Origin: a virus | Lineage: Duplodnaviria > Caudoviricetes | Length of the DNA: 64,000 nt | Reading direction: 5' to 3' (one strand) | Virus record (IMG/VR): IMGVR_UViG_3300006056_000001 | Location: 125,717-189,716 of that record | Part shown: positions 50,353 to 58,742 of the stretch, in pieces | Numbering within the stretch: position 1 is the first letter of the stretch | How the letters are laid out: each line of letters begins with the position of its first letter | Notes under the pieces: generated by a model | What the model was told of the DNA's origin: nothing | The model's input: only the letters and a program-made list of their open reading frames with translations | The model's database searches: none | Made by a program: the position numbers and the translations under genes

Positions 50353-51598
50353 TAATAATAGATATAAAGTTGTCACACGTAGTATAGAAATGGTCCTATC
50401 TAATGTAGACAAAGTAGTCCAACTACAAGACGGAAGAGTTGAAGTTAAACCTGTAGACAGTTTTATAAACTTATTAAGCTATACAAGCTTAGATGGTACT
50501 ACAGGAGCCACAATAAATACTCCTGGACGTAGAGCAGCAGACATTCAGGGATTAAGAAACATTAGTCCTAGTACACCTATTAATATAGGTGATGTAGCTA
50601 TAGTTGCTTCTAGCTTGCCCGGATCTGGTCAATGTGATGATATGGTAAGTATACATGTGGTTCCTTGGGAACCTAATACTAATCACATTACTGGCCCTGC
50701 CTTAGGCAGTGCCTTTAATCCAGTTAATTACTGGCTTAGAGTACAAATTCCTAGTGGACCTATTAAGTCAGAATTAATTCCTATTACACATCTACCTTCT
50801 ATAATAGACATAGATTCACTACCCATTAATTGGAGTCTATATGGAAGAGGCAAACCTAATATAGAATGGGCAATGGAGCAACTCACGTTCTGTGGAGACA
50901 TAGGAGATCAGTGGGGACTGACGGGAATGCCAGTAAATTTAATGTATCCATATGGCAGAGAGTTTTCTTGGAGAGTAGGAATTATGCTGCTCTTGCTTTG
51001 CTCTACAATACCTAATGATCAAAAGAGGCCTTTGGCTATGAGAATGGCGCAGGCATCCTTAGACCTAGCAGGTGCTTACTTAGACGGTAGAGTTCAAGAA
51101 ACAGACGGAGGTCACTACCAAGGAAGAAAAGCAATGCTCCTTGCTGGATTACATATCTTAAACATTGACCCAGTTCACTGGCCTTTAGTTTTGAAAGGCC
51201 AATTCCAAGAAGACTTAGCATATGCTGATTTAGGCCCTTTACCTTGGAATCCTAGTTGGAGATATGGATGGAGAGGACACAGTTCTAGACCACATCCTTG
51301 GAACAAACCATTAAATCAATGGCCAAATGATCCAGGAACACCTATTTGGTATGGCAATAGTTATTTACATGCTAACGTAGGCACACAAATAGGAACTGCA
51401 TTAGCAATGAAGCTAATGGGACTAACCGCATATATGGGACAGGCCCACTATGGATTTGTGTCCCAGTGGATGGAAGGTCCTAATTCAACTGGTGCTAGAG
51501 CATTAGCTACTATAGGTGTCAACCCTCCATGGGGGACAGACTTTACTAGTGATAGAGCCTCAACGTTCTGCACGGAAGCTTGGAAGAAATACAACTAA
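50336..51598 (+). CDS. Trp/Pro/Gly-rich hypothetical protein
   Basis: Long ORF, GC-richer than neighbours by eye; DGGHYQGRK motif; start uncertain. Confidence 0.7.
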   Translation: MITNLNNNRYKVVTRSIEMVLSNVDKVVQLQDGRVEVKPVDSFINLLSYTSLDGTTGATINTPGRRAADIQGLRNISPSTPINIGDVAIVASSLPGSGQCDDMVSIHVVPWEPNTNHITGPALGSAFNPVNYWLRVQIPSGPIKSELIPITHLPSIIDIDSLPINWSLYGRGKPNIEWAMEQLTFCGDIGDQWGLTGMPVNLMYPYGREFSWRVGIMLLLLCSTIPNDQKRPLAMRMAQASLDLAGAYLDGRVQETDGGHYQGRKAMLLAGLHILNIDPVHWPLVLKGQFQEDLAYADLGPLPWNPSWRYGWRGHSSRPHPWNKPLNQWPNDPGTPIWYGNSYLHANVGTQIGTALAMKLMGLTAYMGQAHYGFVSQWMEGPNSTGARALATIGVNPPWGTDFTSDRASTFCTEAWKKYN

Positions 51599-51825
51599 AC
51601 AGAGTAATCAAATAATATAACTTTATATTGTTTGTTTTCGTCAAAAGGGTGAGTGGTTACATATTGTACCTCGCCCTTTTCTGTTATATACACTATGATT
51701 TCATCTTCACTTAAAGTTAAACTCTCCCAAGTTATTACATTAGGAAGAGGAATAGACTCTTTAGTTGTTGCTGAAATCGCCGAGAACTCTGGGGTCGGCT
51801 CGTAAGAACTTTTTGATTCCTTCAT
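51595..51825 (-). CDS. hypothetical protein
   Basis: Convergent 4-nt overlap with the 50336 gene. Confidence 0.5.
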   Translation of the reverse strand: MKESKSSYEPTPEFSAISATTKESIPLPNVITWESLTLSEDEIIVYITEKGEVQYVTTHPFDENKQYKVILFDYSV

Positions 51826-52429
51826 TTATCTCACCGTCCATGTTATCAAAACGTTTAAATATTTTATCAATCGCTCTATCTTTTCTTATCCAACAAGTTG
51901 ATTGAGGTACATTTAAATGTTCACTAGTTTCTAACCAAGTTAAATTTTTATTAAAGATACAATCTATAACGTCTGCTTCTTCTTTAGTTAATATGTTTAA
52001 AATTGTTTTCCATACTATACTATCTTCTTTACTACTTTCTTTTTCTTCTATAATCATAGTATTATATTCTTCTGTAGTAACATCATCAAGATATTTAAAC
52101 CCATAAGATCTTATATGCTTTTCATCTTCTTCACAGTTCTTTCTAGGTCGCTTAGGTAGTTCAAATATAAAGCCGTGCATTCTTTGATATTCAATACAAT
52201 AAAAATCTAGACATGATTTAAAATACTTTTCTGGTTTTTCTATTTGGTTCTCTTTATCAGCTAACCTATTTGACATTATTTGTATAATTCTTTCAGATAT
52301 ATATTGTTTAATATCATCTATAGTATACCTATTAGGTATCAAATATTTTCTACCTATAGAGTTAATAAGAGAATTAAACTTCTCCATAAACTCTTTTACA
52401 AATGCATTGACTATATCTTGGTTAGTCAT
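51761..52429 (-). CDS. second sigma-70-like factor
   Basis: DDIKQ...YF...L..YC region-2-like segment; LTKEE...LTWLETSEHLNVPQSTCWIRKDRAIDKI region-4 HTH. Confidence 0.7.
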   Translation of the reverse strand: MTNQDIVNAFVKEFMEKFNSLINSIGRKYLIPNRYTIDDIKQYISERIIQIMSNRLADKENQIEKPEKYFKSCLDFYCIEYQRMHGFIFELPKRPRKNCEEDEKHIRSYGFKYLDDVTTEEYNTMIIEEKESSKEDSIVWKTILNILTKEEADVIDCIFNKNLTWLETSEHLNVPQSTCWIRKDRAIDKIFKRFDNMDGEINEGIKKFLRADPRVLGDFSNN

Positions 52430-52442
52430 AATTAGTTATACG

Positions 52443-55400
52443 TTATATATTTATTGGTAATGAATCTGCTTCTATTGAATAGAGAAATTTGTCTATATAT
52501 ATTCCTCTCCAAGCAACTCCATTTCCTACACAAGAAATAAAAGGACGAACATCTCCTGTAGATGTGTGAGGTAATGTAGTAGATATATTTGTTACACCTG
52601 TGTAAGATCCAGATATATTGTAAAATTTAATACTATTTGTAGAACCACTAATAGCAAGCCATCTCCAATCTAAAGTATGTATTCCTGTAAGATATGTATT
52701 TACTTTTGTTCTAGAAGATCCAGAAGCAGTACATGCATACCAAGTATTTCCAGAAGAAGAATTATATTCAAAATATGCTCCGTTTGATATATCATCTTCA
52801 GAATTAAAAGTACTATATGTCATTCCTACTCTATATATACAATTACCTGTAGAAGTCATAGCTATCTTAAAATAATAAGGCAGTCCATTATAAAGATAAA
52901 ATGAATCTGCCCCACCTGCCCTCATGCTAGCAGAAGCACCTATTCCAGTACTATTTCCATTACTAGCAAACATAATTCCTTGACTATTTTTTGTTGCGAA
53001 ATTTAATGCATATTGTGGGTACATATAAGTACTACCTACGCTATGCAGATCTGTTGCACTAAAAAAACTATAATCTAAAAAGTCTTGTATTTGATAATTT
53101 ACTTTAAGATTTTTTCTTGCTTCTTCTTTATTTGATAAATCATTTAAATTATATACAGATAATAAAGCTCCAGTTATATCTAAGATAAAAAAGTTTCCGC
53201 CTACTGTAGTAAGTAATGTATTAGTTATAGTAGAACTATCTAAAAACTGTGCATTAACATAAGCAGAACTACCTGTGTCATATACAAGTATATCTTTATG
53301 TGCTTCAAAAGCATTTATAGTAACATCACTTAATCCATCTAACTCTGTCGCTCCTCCACCGCCTACTGAGCTGTTTATCCAATTACTACCGTTATATCTA
53401 ATAGTTTGATTTTCTGACGGGCTGCTAATTACTACATCACTTAATTGATTTAAAGGAATACTTATTTCTGATTGAGTAAAGTGTATACCTGTAATTCCAG
53501 TATGTCCTGTTATCTTAGTATTTATAATAGCATCTTCTCCTGCTAGAGATAAATAATAAGGTACTAGTGCATCTACAACTGCAGCACCAAAGTCATAAAT
53601 TTGAGTACTAGGTATACTTATTTGCGACTGAGTATAGTGAATATCTATTCTACCTGTATGTCCAGTAAACCCAGTTAGAGATGCAGCTCCTATTTGTGAG
53701 GCAGTAACATTGTGTGGATTATTGGTATTACCGGTATGTCCAGTAAATTGAGCAACAGTAGGAGATCCTACTTGGGCGGCTGTAACGCTGTGTGGATTAG
53801 AAAAATTAGATACATGTGAATTAAAATCATTGATATATGTATCTATATCATCATGACTATAGGCTCCAATATTTAATATAAATCTATGGTCTATGCTTCC
53901 TACTGTAAAGTGTATAGAAGAGTTTCCGGTGTGTCCTGTTAATCCTGTGTATAAGCTTCCAGAAAGCCCTATGCTGAGAGATCCTCCTGCGTCATTATAC
54001 ACAGTGCTTATTCCTAGTCCACCTGTTATAAGGCTTCCTACTGCGTCCTGAGCAGCCTCACTAAAGTCAGTAATCTGACTACTAGGGATAGAAATCTGAC
54101 CCTGGGTAAAGTGAATACTTGTATTTCCCGTATGACCTGTTAGTATATTAGTTAGGTTTGTATCAGCAGCTACTAGCGCTGCTACATAAGGCCCCATCTC
54201 ACTTCCAATTATAGTAGTTACTGAAGATGTGAAATCAGATATCTGCGAAGAAGGAATAGATATCTGGCCTTGAGTATAATGTATACTTGTGTCCCCGGTA
54301 TGCCCAGTAAAAGTGCTATTAGCTACACCACTTAATCCTGTTAAAGCATCTACAAGTATTGCATTTATTTCAGTATCTAAATCTGTTATTTGACTAGCAG
54401 AAATACTTATTTGTGACTGGGTGAAGTGTATATTACTAGTACCAGTATGTCCAGTTAATATGTTAGTAATAGTAGTATCAGCAGCAGATAATGCAGCTAT
54501 AAAAGGACCTACTTCTGTTGTAATTATTCCACCAACAGCACTATTAAAATCAGATATCTGACTAGACGGTATACTTATTTGTCCTTGTGTATAATGTATA
54601 TTTGAAGTACCCGTGTGTCCTGTTAATATATTCGTTAGGTTAACATCTGCGAAAACTAAAGCTTCTATAGGAGGGGTTACTATTCCTGTTACAATAGAAG
54701 AAGTAGCAGAATTAAAATCTGATATTTGAGTAGAAGGAATACTAATTTGCGCTTGTGTAAAGTGTATATTAGAAGTTCCAGTATGTCCTGTGAATTGACT
54801 AGTAGTCGGGGCACCTACTTGTGCTGCTGTAGTACTGTGTGGGTTAGATGTGTTGTTTGTGTGGTTGATTAATATAGGAGATCCTACAGTAAGTCCTCCG
54901 CCACTAGGAACTCCTGTTAGTCCACTATTAAAATTAATTACAAACGCATTATCTAGATCAGGATCTGAACTTCCATATAATATATATGGTGCATCTAGAG
55001 GCGCCCCACTACCTCCTGTAATTGTTCCTGTAAAAGCAGTCCCTTCGTAAGCAGATATATGTATTGTCCATTGCTCTGGCTTTTCTTTGTATAAGCCATT
55101 GAGCCCTAGTATTCCTGGCCGGGCAATTATACTATAGACTTTTTCTGCTGTAAAATAAGAACTTACATCTATTTCTACGGTACGAGAATCACTTAGTAAA
55201 GTTATGTCTGCTGGATCTACAGGAGTAGATGTAGTAAACCCTTCTTCTATAGTAAACAGATTAGGTGTATTTTTAAGTACAGACTTATCTAAGGGTATAT
55301 TAAAGACTAATGTTACTTTATTTGGCGCAGATACATTAGGAAGTAAAGAGTTATTTAGTGGAAAGCCTCCAATTATCTGAGGCTCTAGCTTAGAAAAGTA

Positions 55401-56108
55401 TATGATGTATATATCAGACAGAGTTTCACTAGTAGATGTAGAGGTATAAGAAATCAACATGTCATTAGTAATTTGACGTTGACTTAAATACTCAGATATA
55501 CCTTGCTGTGGATTTAGCCCTTTAGATAATCTTAAAACACCTACTGTTACTTTTCCTCTTTTCTTTTTACTGTATTCCTCTTCTAAGTCTCCTATGTGAG
55601 CACTAGACAATCCGTGGAAGATATATCCTCCGACTGGACTATACTCAATTACACTGCCATCTATTCTCTTTAAGTTATTAGTTATTTGATACGTATGAAA
55701 GTCTTCTGATTGATATAGTGTATCTACTTTTAACTTTAAGAAATAATTATTACTATTAGGATCTAAATATAATTTTGAAACATCTATCTCATTTGTATCT
55801 ATTTTAAATGTTCCACTTACAATAGATTTAAAATCAATAGGATAATTAAATAAGAATCTGACATCAAAGTCATTAGAGCCGACATCAGATGTAAAAATAG
55901 CCCCTTGTCTTGGGGCTATGGAGTCAAGTATCTTACTTGGATACTTGTTGTATAAAACAGTTATCTGAGTTACCGTCGGACTTAATACAACGGCTTCTAT
56001 ATCTTTTATAAGATATGCATCTAGTCCTATCTCTTCTTCTATATATCTAGAGATATAGTCAAGAGAATCCCCTTTGTAAACTTGAAAAGATTTAGACTTT
56101 AAAGTCAT
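52443..56108 (-). CDS. large fibre/tail protein with Ig-like N-terminal domains and His repeats
   Basis: Two Ig-like segments (F..PID, FN.PLD), nine TGHTG..xxH repeats, NPH.[VT]T..Q[VI]G fibre motifs, beta-rich C-terminus. Confidence 0.75.
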   Translation of the reverse strand: MTLKSKSFQVYKGDSLDYISRYIEEEIGLDAYLIKDIEAVVLSPTVTQITVLYNKYPSKILDSIAPRQGAIFTSDVGSNDFDVRFLFNYPIDFKSIVSGTFKIDTNEIDVSKLYLDPNSNNYFLKLKVDTLYQSEDFHTYQITNNLKRIDGSVIEYSPVGGYIFHGLSSAHIGDLEEEYSKKKRGKVTVGVLRLSKGLNPQQGISEYLSQRQITNDMLISYTSTSTSETLSDIYIIYFSKLEPQIIGGFPLNNSLLPNVSAPNKVTLVFNIPLDKSVLKNTPNLFTIEEGFTTSTPVDPADITLLSDSRTVEIDVSSYFTAEKVYSIIARPGILGLNGLYKEKPEQWTIHISAYEGTAFTGTITGGSGAPLDAPYILYGSSDPDLDNAFVINFNSGLTGVPSGGGLTVGSPILINHTNNTSNPHSTTAAQVGAPTTSQFTGHTGTSNIHFTQAQISIPSTQISDFNSATSSIVTGIVTPPIEALVFADVNLTNILTGHTGTSNIHYTQGQISIPSSQISDFNSAVGGIITTEVGPFIAALSAADTTITNILTGHTGTSNIHFTQSQISISASQITDLDTEINAILVDALTGLSGVANSTFTGHTGDTSIHYTQGQISIPSSQISDFTSSVTTIIGSEMGPYVAALVAADTNLTNILTGHTGNTSIHFTQGQISIPSSQITDFSEAAQDAVGSLITGGLGISTVYNDAGGSLSIGLSGSLYTGLTGHTGNSSIHFTVGSIDHRFILNIGAYSHDDIDTYINDFNSHVSNFSNPHSVTAAQVGSPTVAQFTGHTGNTNNPHNVTASQIGAASLTGFTGHTGRIDIHYTQSQISIPSTQIYDFGAAVVDALVPYYLSLAGEDAIINTKITGHTGITGIHFTQSEISIPLNQLSDVVISSPSENQTIRYNGSNWINSSVGGGGATELDGLSDVTINAFEAHKDILVYDTGSSAYVNAQFLDSSTITNTLLTTVGGNFFILDITGALLSVYNLNDLSNKEEARKNLKVNYQIQDFLDYSFFSATDLHSVGSTYMYPQYALNFATKNSQGIMFASNGNSTGIGASASMRAGGADSFYLYNGLPYYFKIAMTSTGNCIYRVGMTYSTFNSEDDISNGAYFEYNSSSGNTWYACTASGSSRTKVNTYLTGIHTLDWRWLAISGSTNSIKFYNISGSYTGVTNISTTLPHTSTGDVRPFISCVGNGVAWRGIYIDKFLYSIEADSLPINI
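53440..54870 (-). repeat. degenerate ~50-60 codon coding repeats
   Basis: Recurring TGHTGTSNIH(F/Y)TQ.QISIPSSQISDF units. Confidence 0.85.
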
Positions 56109-56144
56109 TTTTATTTAGGAAGAAAGAACCCTGACACCACGACT

Positions 56145-56405
56145 TTAGTGTGCGCCAGTCGTTCCTGTATGCCCTGTAAACAAGGCTAGATTATCTCTAA
56201 CTGTTTTATATAAGTTAGTATAAAGTGTTTGAAGATTATTTACTTTTTGTTTAAGATCAGTAACTACAGAATCTACAACATCAAATTGTTGATTCCATAC
56301 AATGTTTAATTCAGACACTGTATTCTGATCTAACTTAGAAAGTAAATCTTGAGACAAAAAGGTTACTTGATTTTCAAGTACTTCTACTCTTCCTGTTAAA
56401 GTCAT
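56145..56405 (-). CDS. short coiled-coil protein ending in the fibre TGHTG motif
   Basis: MTLTGRVEVLENQV...FTGHTGTTGAH; TAATG-coupled start at 56405. Confidence 0.7.
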   Translation of the reverse strand: MTLTGRVEVLENQVTFLSQDLLSKLDQNTVSELNIVWNQQFDVVDSVVTDLKQKVNNLQTLYTNLYKTVRDNLALFTGHTGTTGAH

Positions 56406-57712
56406 TATACTGCTCCTAATGTATAAGAAAGTCCAATGCCCCAAAGCCAAGGAGTACATCCAACTGGATATGGAGATAATATTCCGCCTGTAGAAGAAAC
56501 ATAATTCATTTGGAAATAAGCATATAGAACATTACTATTGACTTGAATAGGAGAATTAGTTTGAGGAACAGTATTAGAATCACTATCCCAAATAGGATTA
56601 GTAAAGTTAGGAGAAGGACAAAGTCTTAGATGCACATGTCTCTTACTAAAGTCTTCAGCTAAGAAGTTAGGAGCTGCATTAATGTTATATAGGTTTTTAA
56701 AAATAGTACCCTGGGGAGCTGGTATAGAAATTAAAAAAGAGTTGTTGGTACCGAATACTGCCCCAGGAGTAAAAGATTTGTCATAGTCTACAAGCTTTAA
56801 GCTTAGTTCTTGTAATCCGTAATAGAATACTTTCTTACCGTTTTCTTCTACCCAGTTACGTTGTCTTAGTCTTATTTTTATTTGATCTACAATAGTAGCA
56901 GGAAAATGATATCTCCGCGCAACCAGGTTATCTGTAGGTTCAAAACTAGATACTCTAATAAAGTTATTTCCTAGATCGGATGCAGTTGCTAATTCTGTAA
57001 TGTCTACTGCTCCATTAGGGAATGGTACAACTTCTATTAAGTTAGCATTACTACTAGAACCTTCCGGTACTGTAACAGTAAGCTCACATTCTACTTGGTC
57101 TACTCTTGAATCAATAGGGAACTCTATCTTTCTAACCCAATATAAATCATTAATACCATTAAAAGCATACTCTGGAATACCCTCCACTACCTTGCCGCCG
57201 CGTTCATAGTTTGTAAATCCTTCCCCTTGATTCTTATCAAAGGACCCTAATACTTTTACAGATATGGTAGGACTTACTAGTTTATTACTTATAAGGCTAG
57301 TAGAATAAAATTTGTTTTCAATACTATTAGGAGGAAGAGTAATCTCTCCATATTCTGCAGCTAACATAGCAGACTTGGTGTCATCTAATCCATTAGGAAA
57401 ATCAATTCCTTCTGTATTAGAAAAGTCTATAAACCTATGTACAATAGAATTATATTTAACTGCAGCTTGTTCAGAATAATTCTGTTGCTCACGTAAAGCA
57501 TTTACTTGTCTACGTAGATGTGCATTTTCGTTATTTAATATTAGAATAGAATTAGTAAGGCGAGTGTTTAAAGAATTGACGACATCTGATATAGTTTGTA
57601 TATCAGAAATAATTTCTTCCTGACTATCATTGAAGTCAGCACTTATAAGTTGTCCCCTGTGCCGGGCTGGCCGGAATGTGGAAATTTTGTCTACAATTCT
57701 TTTTTCTTCCAT
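56405..57712 (-). CDS. putative virion structural protein
   Basis: N-terminal coiled coil plus beta-rich domain with YGLQEL; late module. Confidence 0.6.
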   Translation of the reverse strand: MEEKRIVDKISTFRPARHRGQLISADFNDSQEEIISDIQTISDVVNSLNTRLTNSILILNNENAHLRRQVNALREQQNYSEQAAVKYNSIVHRFIDFSNTEGIDFPNGLDDTKSAMLAAEYGEITLPPNSIENKFYSTSLISNKLVSPTISVKVLGSFDKNQGEGFTNYERGGKVVEGIPEYAFNGINDLYWVRKIEFPIDSRVDQVECELTVTVPEGSSSNANLIEVVPFPNGAVDITELATASDLGNNFIRVSSFEPTDNLVARRYHFPATIVDQIKIRLRQRNWVEENGKKVFYYGLQELSLKLVDYDKSFTPGAVFGTNNSFLISIPAPQGTIFKNLYNINAAPNFLAEDFSKRHVHLRLCPSPNFTNPIWDSDSNTVPQTNSPIQVNSNVLYAYFQMNYVSSTGGILSPYPVGCTPWLWGIGLSYTLGAV

Positions 57713-57718
57713 GGTACC

Positions 57719-58009
57719 TTACGCTGCGCTTATAGCAGTCATTATAACTTTAGTAACAATATTCATCCAAGCTTGCTGTACTGCAGCTTGTGCTTTTAAG
57801 GCAGAGGCTACACCTCTCATAGCTGCTTCTGCTTTTAAAGAAGCTACTATAACAGAGACGTCTTCGCCCCGAGCCATTCTAATAGGAAGCATAGCAAGAT
57901 CTGTAGTCATTGCTACGATGGCTGCTTTTTGAGCAGGATCATTAATTTGACTATTAATTGAATCAGTCAATTTACTGACTTCTTCTTTTACAATATCTTC
58001 TATTTTCAT
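57719..58009 (-). CDS. Ala-rich helical protein
   Basis: Coupled to the lipoprotein gene. Confidence 0.6.
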   Translation of the reverse strand: MKIEDIVKEEVSKLTDSINSQINDPAQKAAIVAMTTDLAMLPIRMARGEDVSVIVASLKAEAAMRGVASALKAQAAVQQAWMNIVTKVIMTAISAA

Positions 58010-58257
58010 TACTTAGTTCCTAGTACTTTTTCTGCTTCAGAAATCATAAGCTCTTCAGCTTCTAACTTCCGTAGTAAAGTAACTTTATCTAGTTCGCTAA
58101 TAGCAGGATTCTCTGCTATTAATTTTTGATTAAATACTTTATTAGCTTCGTGGCTCAGTCTGTGTGCAGTAACATATCCTCTAAACATAGGATCTACGTT
58201 GATGCAAGACACTAGGCCAAGCGTTAGGATTAGTGCAAAAACATGTTTAACTTTCAT
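58009..58257 (-). CDS. lipoprotein, possibly spanin-like
   Basis: MKVKH + hydrophobic stretch + lipobox LVSC. Confidence 0.65.
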   Translation of the reverse strand: MKVKHVFALILTLGLVSCINVDPMFRGYVTAHRLSHEANKVFNQKLIAENPAISELDKVTLLRKLEAEELMISEAEKVLGTK

Positions 58258-58525
58258 TGGATTCCTCTTTGTTCAGGCTAAGTGCCTGATCTACTATTGA
58301 TTTGCGGATCTTATTTTCTTCTACTACTTTCTTAGCTTCGACTTCGCTGTAACCCTCCGCCCCTATATAGATTAGGAATGGAGCCGTGACAACGCTTATC
58401 AAAGTAATAAGTTCATTAACATCTAAGTTCCATCCGGTCTTAGCGACTATGAAAGTTAGTAGGGAGCTTATAGCTGCCAGTACAGCAGCCCTAAACTTTT
58501 TTGATTTAAGGAGTTTTTCGTTCAT
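58247..58525 (-). CDS. holin-like two-TM protein
   Basis: LKSKKF.AA N-terminus, two hydrophobic helices, YIGAEG, charged tail; start at 58525 preferred. Confidence 0.6.
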   Translation of the reverse strand: MNEKLLKSKKFRAAVLAAISSLLTFIVAKTGWNLDVNELITLISVVTAPFLIYIGAEGYSEVEAKKVVEENKIRKSIVDQALSLNKEESNES

Positions 58526-58742
58526 TATCTTTTGTGTTTGCTTTAAAGAAATCAGCAAACTGATTGTTCAAATTATTGACTAATGTAGAGGCAAAATCTT
58601 TATCTATTATAAAACTAATTGTATATTTATTTTTATTGTCTTCCTGCTCTATACTGTCAATGCTAGTTAGCTTTATTTTTTTACTACTTCTAAGGTATCC
58701 TAAAAGTACTTCTTCTAGGAAGATTAAATCTTTCTCACTCAT
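58506..58742 (-). CDS. hypothetical protein
   Basis: ATGA-coupled to the 991-aa gene. Confidence 0.55.
   Translation of the reverse strand: MSEKDLIFLEEVLLGYLRSSKKIKLTSIDSIEQEDNKNKYTISFIIDKDFASTLVNNLNNQFADFFKANTKDNERKTP

Noticed and set aside
52443-56108. Diversity-generating retroelement acting on the fibre
   Set aside because: No reverse transcriptase and no adenine-specific template/variable repeat pair; the repeats are in-frame structural units
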